Shown here piece by piece: positions 29,114-37,853 of a stretch of 64,000 bases of DNA; position 1 is the first letter of the stretch; each line of letters starts with the position of its first letter. The notes below the pieces were generated by a model. That model searched no databases, was not told the DNA's origin, and was given only the letters and a program-made list of their open reading frames with translations. The DNA is from Enterobacteria phage CHB7. The stretch is from the sequence record MK562504.1. One strand, 5' to 3'. Both the position numbers and the translations under genes were made by a program.

Positions 29114-29320
29114 ATGCAGGTTCTGGTAAACTTTATCTATAAGTATGAAAACATCTTCAGCACTATGACTGTAGCTCAACGCAATCCAGTTATTCCCCGA
29201 GAAGGGGAGACTGTTGAGATTAATGATTGGAACTACAGAGTTGAAGAGGTCAAGCATAAACTTAAAGATGGTTATGACCACCAAGTTGTAAATGTGTATT
29301 TAAAAGGTAAGTGGCAATGA
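29114..29320 (+). CDS. hypothetical protein
   Basis: ATG at 29114 directly after the lipoprotein stop; the track shows a longer upstream extension. Confidence 0.35.
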   Translation: MQVLVNFIYKYENIFSTMTVAQRNPVIPREGETVEINDWNYRVEEVKHKLKDGYDHQVVNVYLKGKWQ

Positions 29321-29559
29321 GTAGAGAAGACCAGTTAATTGATATGCAAAATGACAAAAATGAGGCAATATCCATAATCCCAATATTGTGGGGGCATGAC
29401 TGCACATATGGTAACTATCTGTGTGTTTGTGAAGACCGAAACATTGAACCCGTAAGCCGTGATGAGTATCAAAAACACTTAAAGGCTCTTGACAATTACT
29501 TCACAGATAATAAATGCTCTCAGATTTCAAGTGAGGTCTTGCATGAAGATTTTTATTAA
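29317..29559 (+). CDS. hypothetical protein
   Basis: ATG at 29317 overlaps the upstream stop (ATGA); the track ORF begins with GTG at 29311. Confidence 0.35.
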   Translation: MSREDQLIDMQNDKNEAISIIPILWGHDCTYGNYLCVCEDRNIEPVSRDEYQKHLKALDNYFTDNKCSQISSEVLHEDFY

Positions 29560-29640
29560 AGTTATTGATGAAGATTTTGGAGGGTGCTCTTGGCACTCAT
29601 TTTTCACAAAAGGTTGTCTAGCTTGTGAGGCACGTAATAA

Positions 29641-30744
29641 ATGACAATTCTGTACAAACAAAATAAAGATGGTTCTTTCAACGTCTGGTCATGCGTTGCT
29701 GTAGGTGACAAAGTGGTTACCACGTATGGCAAAGAAAATGGCAAGATGATGTTTGAAGAGTACACAGTAGAACCAAAAAACATCGGCAAAAAGAATGAGC
29801 GTAACGCTGAACAGCAAGCTCTCTTTGAAGTTGCTGCTAAATACAAGAAGCAGGTTGACCGTAAAGGCTATGCTTATTCAAAATCTGCTGCACAGGAAGT
29901 TGAGAAGGTTGGTGTACAGCTTGCACATGATGCTGCCAAGGTTAGTCATGCAAAGTATCTGAAGTTCCCTGCTGATGCTCAACCGAAACTTGATGGTGTT
30001 CGTTGCAGAATTTCTCGTCATCAGAGTATTGGTGGGACATTTACAGCTTATTCTCGTGAGAATACTGTTTACAATGTCCCTGAAGAGTTGATTCCAGATT
30101 TACTCATGATGCTCAAACTCCATAAAGATGTTGATGAGTTTGACGGTGAGATTTATGCTCATGGTTGGGACTTGGAAGATATTGTATCAATGATTAAGAA
30201 TGTTGACAATCCAGACCGTCACCTACTTAAATTCTACTGGTATGATATCTGTGATAATTCTAAAACTTGGCCTGAGCGTCGTGAAATAATTGATAACTCA
30301 CCAATTGTTGAGCTAGGTGATGCTTGCAGGGTTGTACCTGTTCAAACTATCCGTGTTAACTCTTGGGAAGAGTTTGATAAAGCTCATGATAATTGGGTTA
30401 AGCTGAAGTTTGAAGGGGCAATGTACCGCTCCATTTCAGCAGACTCTTTCTATGAGTGTGGTCACCGTTCATACTTCCTAATTAAGCATAAGAAGATGCA
30501 CACGGAAGAATTTAAAGTAACTGGTGTGAAGACTGATAAACGTGGTCATGGTAAGTTTGTTGTAGAGACACTTCCTAACGTCTTTGTTGATGTTTCATGG
30601 AAAACTACCCATGAGAAGAAACAGTATCTTGCTGAACATCCTGAAGAATTTATCGGGAAACCTTTGACCGTTCAGTTCCAGAAGATGACTCGTAAGGGTT
30701 CTTTGCAGTTCCCTGTTGGTCTCGTTATACGAGATTATGAATAA
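29641..30744 (+). CDS. ATP-dependent DNA ligase
   Basis: Adenylation motif KxDG (PKLDGVR) at the expected position; 367 aa, similar in size to T7 ligase. Confidence 0.7.
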   Translation: MTILYKQNKDGSFNVWSCVAVGDKVVTTYGKENGKMMFEEYTVEPKNIGKKNERNAEQQALFEVAAKYKKQVDRKGYAYSKSAAQEVEKVGVQLAHDAAKVSHAKYLKFPADAQPKLDGVRCRISRHQSIGGTFTAYSRENTVYNVPEELIPDLLMMLKLHKDVDEFDGEIYAHGWDLEDIVSMIKNVDNPDRHLLKFYWYDICDNSKTWPERREIIDNSPIVELGDACRVVPVQTIRVNSWEEFDKAHDNWVKLKFEGAMYRSISADSFYECGHRSYFLIKHKKMHTEEFKVTGVKTDKRGHGKFVVETLPNVFVDVSWKTTHEKKQYLAEHPEEFIGKPLTVQFQKMTRKGSLQFPVGLVIRDYE

Positions 30745-30828
30745 AATTTGTTGACATACCCTCTCCGGTAGTTATACTAGCAATATAAAATTTGATATAG
30801 GAACTACCGGATGAGTTAGGAGAAGAAA

Positions 30829-31209
30829 ATGAAAAAGATTATGATAGGTGTCATTCTGGCAACTCTGAGTTTTGGTGCATCAGCTATGAAGATGCCTGAA
30901 GCAGACTTTAGCAAGGTCTCTATGGAGGCTTGTCAGATTGTTCGTAAAGTCGTAACAGATGCTGGAGAGTTGACTAAACCGTTATCTTCTCCAACCGTCA
31001 TGGAAATGTCTGACCGTATCACTGATTACAATTATCGTGTGATGGCAGACTACTACGAAGCTGTTTCTGATGCTATGGTCACTCAGGATGTTGACTTGCT
31101 TGATGACAAAGACATTGAGAAGGTTGAAGATACTAAACGTGATATGATGGATGAAACGTTTAAAGGTGTTCATTACTTTGTTGAAAAGCGCACTTGTGTA
31201 GGTCTATGA
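30829..31209 (+). CDS. secreted/periplasmic protein (126 aa)
   Basis: Cleavable signal peptide (MKKIMIGVILATLSFGASA), acidic mature region with two cysteines; AGGAGA ribosome-binding site. Confidence 0.5.
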   Translation: MKKIMIGVILATLSFGASAMKMPEADFSKVSMEACQIVRKVVTDAGELTKPLSSPTVMEMSDRITDYNYRVMADYYEAVSDAMVTQDVDLLDDKDIEKVEDTKRDMMDETFKGVHYFVEKRTCVGL

Positions 31210-31210
31210 T

Positions 31211-31414
31211 ATGAAGAAGAATCGTTGCAGGAAGAACTATGGAGAAGTGCTTGACGACGAAGGTCATGTCATCTTCCGAGTTTACTGTGCAGATGACTCT
31301 GAAGTAGATAAAGCACTTGATGACTATATTAATGGTACTCGTGAAAACGTCAGAGCAACAAACATAGATTCATTGATTGACACTTCCAGAAAACGGAGGA
31401 AGAAAGATGAATGA
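31211..31414 (+). CDS. hypothetical protein (67 aa)
   Basis: Small ORF whose stop overlaps the next start. Confidence 0.35.
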   Translation: MKKNRCRKNYGEVLDDEGHVIFRVYCADDSEVDKALDDYINGTRENVRATNIDSLIDTSRKRRKKDE

Positions 31415-31706
31415 AGTCTTTGACCCTTACGCCCCACAAGATAAGTGGGAAGCTGATAGAGAGTATGAGATGGAAAGTTATATCTGTCCGATGGATGTAG
31501 ACGAAATGAGAGAGTTCGTTGCATTCCGTTTTGAAAAAGAAATTGAGAAAAGAAAACTTTCTCAGGCACAAGTTGCAAAAATTTGTGATATCTCTCAAAG
31601 TCGTGTTTCCAACATTGTCAACGGTACTGGAAAGATTACCCTTGAATACATGTTGAAAGCTTGTGAAAAACTTGGTGTTAACTTCAACTTAAGGCTGTCG
31701 GATTAA
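31407..31706 (+). CDS. HTH (XRE-like) DNA-binding protein
   Basis: C-terminal helix-turn-helix signature (LSQAQVAKICDISQSRVSNIVNG); start set at ATG 31407 with a GGAGGAAG ribosome-binding site. Confidence 0.45.
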   Translation: MNEVFDPYAPQDKWEADREYEMESYICPMDVDEMREFVAFRFEKEIEKRKLSQAQVAKICDISQSRVSNIVNGTGKITLEYMLKACEKLGVNFNLRLSD

Positions 31707-31707
31707 T

Positions 31708-32067
31708 ATGAAACGTGAAAATGCAATCTTCAAAGGTAACTTTGCAATTGGCTTCTACGGAAAACCTACTGAAACTGAGAAGCAGTATGGTAAATACCTC
31801 CTTGATGACCTGATTGATTATGTCCAAGAAGGGCTAATTAAACACTCTGAGAAGAATCGTGTGAAAGGTTATATGGCTGTAGGTTCAGCAATCTCTAACA
31901 TTAAACTGGAGACGACATGTGCAAAAGAAGTTAGAGACCACTTTATCCGAGACCTTCACAGTAACCTTGATGGTGTTGATGTTATGTGTGCTTGGCTTGA
32001 TGTTGATGGTGCTAAGTATACAACTTTCGTATTTAAAAATGAGGATATCAAATGTCTCTTCCCGTAA
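31708..32067 (+). CDS. hypothetical protein (119 aa)
   Basis: Intact ORF. Confidence 0.4.
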   Translation: MKRENAIFKGNFAIGFYGKPTETEKQYGKYLLDDLIDYVQEGLIKHSEKNRVKGYMAVGSAISNIKLETTCAKEVRDHFIRDLHSNLDGVDVMCAWLDVDGAKYTTFVFKNEDIKCLFP

Positions 32068-32552
32068 AAATTGACTTGTTCTTTGGATACAATCTGATGA
32101 CAGGGTGTATGCTTAGTCTTCCAAAGTCTCCTTATCGTACTGAGAAGGGTGCTGTGAAACGTGCTGCACACTACAATAATGACTTAGGTCGTTTGCAGAC
32201 GATTTACAAGTGGCTTGAAGAAGATGGTCGAGTAAATGAGTACTTCCATCAGCTTCGTATGGCTAACGAAGAAAATAAGATGGGCTATGAACTGTTCCCA
32301 CGTCTTTACAAAGTGACTTCACCAACTTCTCAAACTTGGAATGAGAAATCTATTGAGGGTTACAAAAAGGTCACAATGTCTCCGTTTAGTAGTGGTGCAG
32401 AGTTTGAGAAGCTACGTGAGATAATTTATCAGACTGTTGCAAAGCGTGTTGCAAAGGGTCTTTCTTATAATGAAAAGATTGACTGGAACACTCAAAAAGT
32501 TATACAATTCTTTGCATACGATAATGACAAACAAACTTTTGTAGAGGTTTAA
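32052..32552 (+). CDS. hypothetical protein (166 aa)
   Basis: Intact ORF. Confidence 0.4.
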   Translation: MSLPVKIDLFFGYNLMTGCMLSLPKSPYRTEKGAVKRAAHYNNDLGRLQTIYKWLEEDGRVNEYFHQLRMANEENKMGYELFPRLYKVTSPTSQTWNEKSIEGYKKVTMSPFSSGAEFEKLREIIYQTVAKRVAKGLSYNEKIDWNTQKVIQFFAYDNDKQTFVEV

Positions 32553-32553
32553 C

Positions 32554-33072
32554 ATGAAGATTGGAAACAGCTTAACAGAGCCAGAAGCAATTCTGCTGAA
32601 GGGTGTTATCAAAGAGCACCTGAAAAATCGTAGACTCCAAGAAGGTACAATCCTGATTGAGACAAACTACGAAGCTGGAACGATTGAGTTTCTTGATGGA
32701 GATACTGGTGATGCACTTTGCCTTTTACCAACTCACCTCTTCACTACTGAGTTCCGAGATTCCAAATCAATCTCTGTGAAGCTGGTTCCAAGCATTGAGT
32801 TGTATGAAGGTACACAGTACCCACGTAGCTTCAAAGCCTTACTTAACATCTTCATAGATGATATTGTAGATTTGGTAAGGCCGGAAGCTGGTGAGTATGT
32901 AATCACTGCTGAATGTCAGAATAGTAGCTACATCACTCTTGCTGGCAATCTTTCGACGATGAACTTCTTAGATTTCATCCCAAAGCACTTTGAGGACTTC
33001 CTTTCATCGTGTGGCGATGACCTTGATTTCATTGTAAAACTGGAACAAGAGTATAAGGTGAACAAGAAATGA
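32554..33072 (+). CDS. hypothetical protein (172 aa)
   Basis: Intact ORF. Confidence 0.4.
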   Translation: MKIGNSLTEPEAILLKGVIKEHLKNRRLQEGTILIETNYEAGTIEFLDGDTGDALCLLPTHLFTTEFRDSKSISVKLVPSIELYEGTQYPRSFKALLNIFIDDIVDLVRPEAGEYVITAECQNSSYITLAGNLSTMNFLDFIPKHFEDFLSSCGDDLDFIVKLEQEYKVNKK

Positions 33073-33338
33073 AAATCTTTAAAGTTGAACATTGTTACAT
33101 GGAGAGTGGTGAGCCAATTCGTTGTCCTCATTGTGGTGGTACAGACTTCCAAGGTGAGGTTAAAGATATTGTCTCTGGTCATGTAGCAGAAGAGTATACT
33201 CGTTGCCGTGGCTGTATGAATATTGTTTCATTTTGGGCTTATGGGAGTTATGAGCCACATCCACATATTATTTACCATCCAGTTAAAGTAGTGAAGAACG
33301 TCATCAACTGGTTTATCATTAAAGGATTTTTCAAATGA
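33069..33338 (+). CDS. zinc-ribbon protein (89 aa)
   Basis: CPHCGG...CRGC four-cysteine motif. Confidence 0.4.
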   Translation: MKIFKVEHCYMESGEPIRCPHCGGTDFQGEVKDIVSGHVAEEYTRCRGCMNIVSFWAYGSYEPHPHIIYHPVKVVKNVINWFIIKGFFK

Positions 33339-33880
33339 TTCGTTTAGTATTTGCAAGTGGTCGTAAAGGTGAGTTTGGTACTCCTGATGGGATGCCTTGG
33401 GAACGCAACCGTGAAGACATGAAAGAGTTTAAAAAGCTGACTCAAAACCAGCTTGTAATCATGGGTAACGAGACTTTCAAGACTCTTGGACGTAAACCTT
33501 TACCAAATCGTGAGAACATGATTCTGTCAAACAACCTCCCGTATTACGGGATAGATTTTGATAATGATGGTTTTGTTATTGCAAAGGTTGACCCAGATTC
33601 TTTCGGTGCATTCTTGAAAAAGATTGACAGTCAGATTGATGAAAATGTCTGCGTGATTGGTGGTGCAAACATCTTGAAAGCAGCTTTACCGTTTGCTGAT
33701 GAAGTTTACCACACAGTTATCTATGAAATTACTAAAGAGCCAACTGTGTATCTTCCTGAAGAGGGATTCTTTGAGTATTTACACGAGCCTGAACTATTTG
33801 CTAGAATACAGGCTAAACCTCTGGATGATAAATCTGGGTTGGTCAATTTCTATGTTCCACAAGTAAGAGGACGTTTCTGA
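33335..33880 (+). CDS. frd: dihydrofolate reductase
   Basis: N-terminus MIRLVFASGRKGEFGTPDGMPW and VIGGANILKAALPFADE align with the T4 Frd/DHFR pattern. Confidence 0.75.
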   Translation: MIRLVFASGRKGEFGTPDGMPWERNREDMKEFKKLTQNQLVIMGNETFKTLGRKPLPNRENMILSNNLPYYGIDFDNDGFVIAKVDPDSFGAFLKKIDSQIDENVCVIGGANILKAALPFADEVYHTVIYEITKEPTVYLPEEGFFEYLHEPELFARIQAKPLDDKSGLVNFYVPQVRGRF

Positions 33881-33881
33881 T

Positions 33882-34778
33882 ATGTCACAAGCAGATGTAA
33901 GCTACAAAAATATTCTGAACCACGTTTTAACAGTTGGCGAGCAGCGTAAAACCCGAACTGGTTCTGTAATTTCAACGTTCTCACCCCCAGAGTTTCGTTT
34001 TGATATGCGTACTGGTTTTCCTTTACTAACCTCTAAACAGGTTCTGACCAGACAAGTTATCGGAGAAGCTTTATGGTTCTTGAATGGTGAGAATAAACTT
34101 GGTCATCTTCGCTATCGTACTTGGGGAGAAAATGATGGAGAACGTTGGACAATTTGGACAAATGACTTCGAGCGATGGCTTAAAACAACGTATGCAAGTG
34201 AGCAAGATTGGCTTGATGATGCAGGTGGACGAATCTACGGTGTACAGTGGAGAGCCTCAGAAGGTCATGGTGGCGTTACAGTTGACCAGCTAGATAATCT
34301 GATTACCAAGATGAAAAAGTCTCCTACAGACCGTTACATGCTGGTTAATGCTTGGAATGCTGCTGATATATCAGCTAATGCAATGGCTTTACCACCTTGT
34401 CATGTGCTTTTCCAGATTTACATCTCAAATACTGGTGAAGTTGATTTAAAATGGTATCAACGTTCTGTAGACAGCTTCTTAGGTTTACCATTTAACATTG
34501 CATCTTATGGTTTTATCTTGGAAGTGCTTTGTAAGATGACTGGATACACACCTCGTTATCTGATTGGTACTTTTGGTGATACTCAGATTTATCAAAACCA
34601 TATGAATCAGGTATTCCAGCTTTTAGGTAATGAAGAGTTTCCTGCACCAAAGTTTGAGATTATCCAAGATTTGAAATGTCTGGATGACCTCAAACATATG
34701 ACTGCAAGTGACTTTATCGGTGGTTTCAAAGACTATCGACATGCTGGGAAGATTGAAGCTCCTTTGTCAGTAGGTTGA
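33882..34778 (+). CDS. thyA: thymidylate synthase
   Basis: Conserved ThyA blocks: RTGTG-like RTGSV, GFPLLTSK, active-site LPPCH, and FLGLPFNIASY. Confidence 0.85.
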   Translation: MSQADVSYKNILNHVLTVGEQRKTRTGSVISTFSPPEFRFDMRTGFPLLTSKQVLTRQVIGEALWFLNGENKLGHLRYRTWGENDGERWTIWTNDFERWLKTTYASEQDWLDDAGGRIYGVQWRASEGHGGVTVDQLDNLITKMKKSPTDRYMLVNAWNAADISANAMALPPCHVLFQIYISNTGEVDLKWYQRSVDSFLGLPFNIASYGFILEVLCKMTGYTPRYLIGTFGDTQIYQNHMNQVFQLLGNEEFPAPKFEIIQDLKCLDDLKHMTASDFIGGFKDYRHAGKIEAPLSVG

Positions 34779-34780
34779 TA

Positions 34781-34812
34781 GATACAAAAAAGGCTCCTTT
34801 TTACGGGAGCCT
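34781..34812. terminator. bidirectional intrinsic terminator
   Basis: Hairpin AGGCTCC-TTTTTAC-GGGAGCCT flanked by A-run and T-run, between convergent thyA and the minus-strand block. Confidence 0.5.
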
Positions 34813-34817
34813 TAAAC

Positions 34818-35192
34818 TTATTTTTTCTTAGCGTTTTGAGTGTTCTGTTCAGTGATTGCTTGCAAAGCTGATACAGACTGTGCTAGGTTATTAACACTGT
34901 CAGAGAATTTATCAAGGGTTTTGGTCAACTTGGCGTTTTCACCCTTTACGTTCTCTAGCTGAACTTTCTGGTTCTCCATGCCTAATTGCAGGAGTTTCAT
35001 GTCAGACTGCAAATCACGAATAGCTGAATAGTTGCTTTTGTTGTAACTATCAAGCTGTTGTAACTTTGTCGAAACGGAAACTTCCTGCTTCCCACTAGAC
35101 ACCTGCATTGTAGTGTACATACCAATTACACTGAAGATACCCACAACAATTGCACCAATGTTATTTTTGAAAGCATCCTCTAACCACTTCAT
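34818..35192 (-). CDS. membrane-anchored coiled-coil protein (124 aa)
   Basis: N-terminal hydrophobic helix (IGAIVVGIFSVIGMY) followed by a Q/K/L-rich coiled coil. Confidence 0.4.
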   Translation of the reverse strand: MKWLEDAFKNNIGAIVVGIFSVIGMYTTMQVSSGKQEVSVSTKLQQLDSYNKSNYSAIRDLQSDMKLLQLGMENQKVQLENVKGENAKLTKTLDKFSDSVNNLAQSVSALQAITEQNTQNAKKK

Positions 35193-35386
35193 TCTTTCTC
35201 CCCTTTAAAGGCTTTTTCCAAGTTGTTAACAAATTCATCATCAATAGGCGTATCTGTCTTACTCGCAAGGTATCTTGCAAGTCTGAAGAAGGCTTTCTCA
35301 ATCATGTATTCACTCAGAAGGGAAAGTAGAAGTTTCCAGAGGAAGCTACCCAAGTTTTTTAAGAGGATTGCTAGGATAGTCGGCAT
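35189..35386 (-). CDS. hypothetical protein (65 aa)
   Basis: Small ORF overlapping the downstream gene by 4 nt. Confidence 0.3.
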   Translation of the reverse strand: MPTILAILLKNLGSFLWKLLLSLLSEYMIEKAFFRLARYLASKTDTPIDDEFVNNLEKAFKGEKE

Positions 35387-35465
35387 TATGTCACCTCATC
35401 AGCCAAGATGGTGAGAATACCTATGAAAATATTAACACCATCTTAACATTTAGTCAACAAATTGA

Positions 35466-37811
35466 TTATGCCGTTCTAACCCAAGCCATCAATCTGATAA
35501 ACATATTTACAACACTGAATGCAGAACCAGAACCAGTACCACCAGTGTTACCACTCAATGTGTGGCTGTGAGCACCAATACCAACTGTATGCGTGTGAGC
35601 ACCAGCGGAAGCAGCAGTACCACTAACTGAGTGGGTGTGAGCACCAGCGGAACCAGTGTTGATGTTCCCATAGTTGGTTTTAGAACCAGCACCAACATAA
35701 CCAGTATATTCACCATTCCACGTCTGGTGAGCAGCCATACCATGAACGTGAGCACCAGCGGAAGCAGCAGTACCTGAAACACCATGTGTGTGAGCACCAG
35801 TGCTGTTGGAGGTCTTAGTACCATAGTCGAAGCTTGATGTTGTCGCTGAGAAGCTATGGGTGTGTGAAGGGATGTTGCCTACAGCTAATGTCACAGTATC
35901 TGCACCACCAGTAGTTTTAACATCTGAACCGTTTGCTGCACCGATTCTGACAGTTCTACCAACACCTTCATTTAGATACGTCCAAGTTAATCCCGGAAGG
36001 GTAGTGTTAGGGTTCTGGTTAGTTGCAAACCATGTTACAATACCAACTGGATAAATCTTCTTAAGGTCTGTAGAGTTAGTGATAGCAGCAGAAATTTTAG
36101 CATCAGTTTCTGCCTTAGTGTATGCACCTACATCTCCAGCAGATGGTTTATCAGTTGAGGTGTAAATCTTAGACCAATCTACCTCGAACCCAAAAGCGTC
36201 TCTTGAAGACCTGTAGAAGATACCACCATTTTTGTAGTTGAAACGCAACTGTGCAGAAGGGCATGAACCCTGTGCTTGGTAGAGTTGCAGAATCATCTGT
36301 GAACCACCACCAACAAGGACATTATACAGCCCTGACTTAGCATTCCAAGGAACTGCGTTAAAATCTGTTGAAGTATATGCACCAGTTGCACCAGCTAACA
36401 TAAATCTTGAGTTAGCAGCAGACTGTGTAAAGTATCGTGCATCAAAGTTACCCCAATCAGAAGGTTGAACCTGTCCAGTAATTGCCAAAGTTTTGTTTGC
36501 AGTGATTGTTGAGCCAAGTGTTAGCGTTGAACCATCCACATAGTTTGACAAAACAAGGTTGTTATTGTTGGCACTTCCATTACCCACATACCATCTCATG
36601 GTTCCATCGGAATCAACACCTCTCAAGTAAAGAGCGGCCTGTTTTGTTGCATTTTTCAGCATCAAAGCTTCATTATCAGATGTGATATTTTGCTTTACGC
36701 TGAAGTTGTTTGTTGCGTTAACTCTTGCCAAACTCGATAGTGTTCCGGCAGGAATAAATCTTGAATCAATATTAGTCCAGTCACTAGGTTGAACCTGTCC
36801 AGTAATTGCAAGACTCTTGTTAACTCTTACCATATTGTCAAGTAATACGTAGGTATCGTTTGAGATATTTGTTAAGACAACTGAGTTGCTACCATCTGCA
36901 TAGTTACCTACAGCCCACTTCATAGAAGCATCTGTGTTCTGACCTTCAATATAAAGTGCTTTACCACTTGTCAAGTTCTTAAGAGTTAATCTTGCACCGT
37001 CACCAAGTAACGTTGTAGTCCCTCTGAAGGTGTTGTTTCCAGTAATCGTGTTAGCTGCTGCCAACTGAACAAATCTTTGGTCTGCTGCATCACGAGTATA
37101 GAATCTTGCATCGAAGTTTGCAAAGTCTGAAGGAACAACCTGTCCAGTAACTTGAAGCTGTTTGTTAATCCCTACAGAGCCAGTGCCAAGAACAATATTA
37201 GTGTTCTGTTTGGTGTTTGCAATAGTAACATCAGAACCAGAACTCAAGTTACCAATTGTGAATCTTACTGCATTTGCTGTATCACGACCTTCATAATACA
37301 ATGCAGCAGCCGCAGTGTTCTTTAAAGTTAAACCTGCATTGTCTGTCTGAAAAATCTGACTTGCTGTGAAGGTGTTTTGAGTTCCCTTGATAGCAAACCT
37401 TGCATCATTCTCATCATTAGTTCTCATCCCAAGTTCATTAGGGGATGGCTTATTCAGAGTATGGTAAACTGTTGCATTTCTTGAAGCATCTGCAATAGTC
37501 AGTTTAAGACCATTTGCATTAAGCTTGAAAGTTTTTGCAGTGTCACCGAAGACAATTTCAGAGTTACCTGTTGGGTCAAGTAAATCTTTTCCTCCATAGG
37601 TAAGCTTGACAATCCCTAAATTACCTGTCATGGTTCCACCAACTAATTGCAGAAATCTTTCCAGCTTGAAAGATGCAAGGAAATCTGCATAAGTCATTCT
37701 ACGGTCTTCATCACCTAACATCTCAGTTCTTTTCTTAACTCTGACATGTAATAGGTCATCAGAACGAATTTCGTTAATCGAGTTCAGTTCACTCAATTTA
37801 AATTCTGCCAT
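35466..37811 (-). CDS. tail fibre protein with His-X-His repeat tip
   Basis: 781 aa, Gly/Thr/Asn-rich; C-terminal iterated GAHTHSVSGTAASAGAHVH / HSHTLSG units. AAGAGGA ribosome-binding site and terminator hairpin immediately upstream. Confidence 0.6.
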   Translation of the reverse strand: MAEFKLSELNSINEIRSDDLLHVRVKKRTEMLGDEDRRMTYADFLASFKLERFLQLVGGTMTGNLGIVKLTYGGKDLLDPTGNSEIVFGDTAKTFKLNANGLKLTIADASRNATVYHTLNKPSPNELGMRTNDENDARFAIKGTQNTFTASQIFQTDNAGLTLKNTAAAALYYEGRDTANAVRFTIGNLSSGSDVTIANTKQNTNIVLGTGSVGINKQLQVTGQVVPSDFANFDARFYTRDAADQRFVQLAAANTITGNNTFRGTTTLLGDGARLTLKNLTSGKALYIEGQNTDASMKWAVGNYADGSNSVVLTNISNDTYVLLDNMVRVNKSLAITGQVQPSDWTNIDSRFIPAGTLSSLARVNATNNFSVKQNITSDNEALMLKNATKQAALYLRGVDSDGTMRWYVGNGSANNNNLVLSNYVDGSTLTLGSTITANKTLAITGQVQPSDWGNFDARYFTQSAANSRFMLAGATGAYTSTDFNAVPWNAKSGLYNVLVGGGSQMILQLYQAQGSCPSAQLRFNYKNGGIFYRSSRDAFGFEVDWSKIYTSTDKPSAGDVGAYTKAETDAKISAAITNSTDLKKIYPVGIVTWFATNQNPNTTLPGLTWTYLNEGVGRTVRIGAANGSDVKTTGGADTVTLAVGNIPSHTHSFSATTSSFDYGTKTSNSTGAHTHGVSGTAASAGAHVHGMAAHQTWNGEYTGYVGAGSKTNYGNINTGSAGAHTHSVSGTAASAGAHTHTVGIGAHSHTLSGNTGGTGSGSAFSVVNMFIRLMAWVRTA

Positions 37812-37823
37812 TATACAATCCTC

Positions 37824-37844
37824 TTAAAAGGGGCTAAAAAGCCC
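37824..37844 (-). terminator. intrinsic terminator
   Basis: Hairpin GGGGCT-AAAA-AGCCCC with flanking T-run on the minus strand, between the two tail-fibre genes. Confidence 0.5.
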
Positions 37845-37853
37845 CTGCAATAA

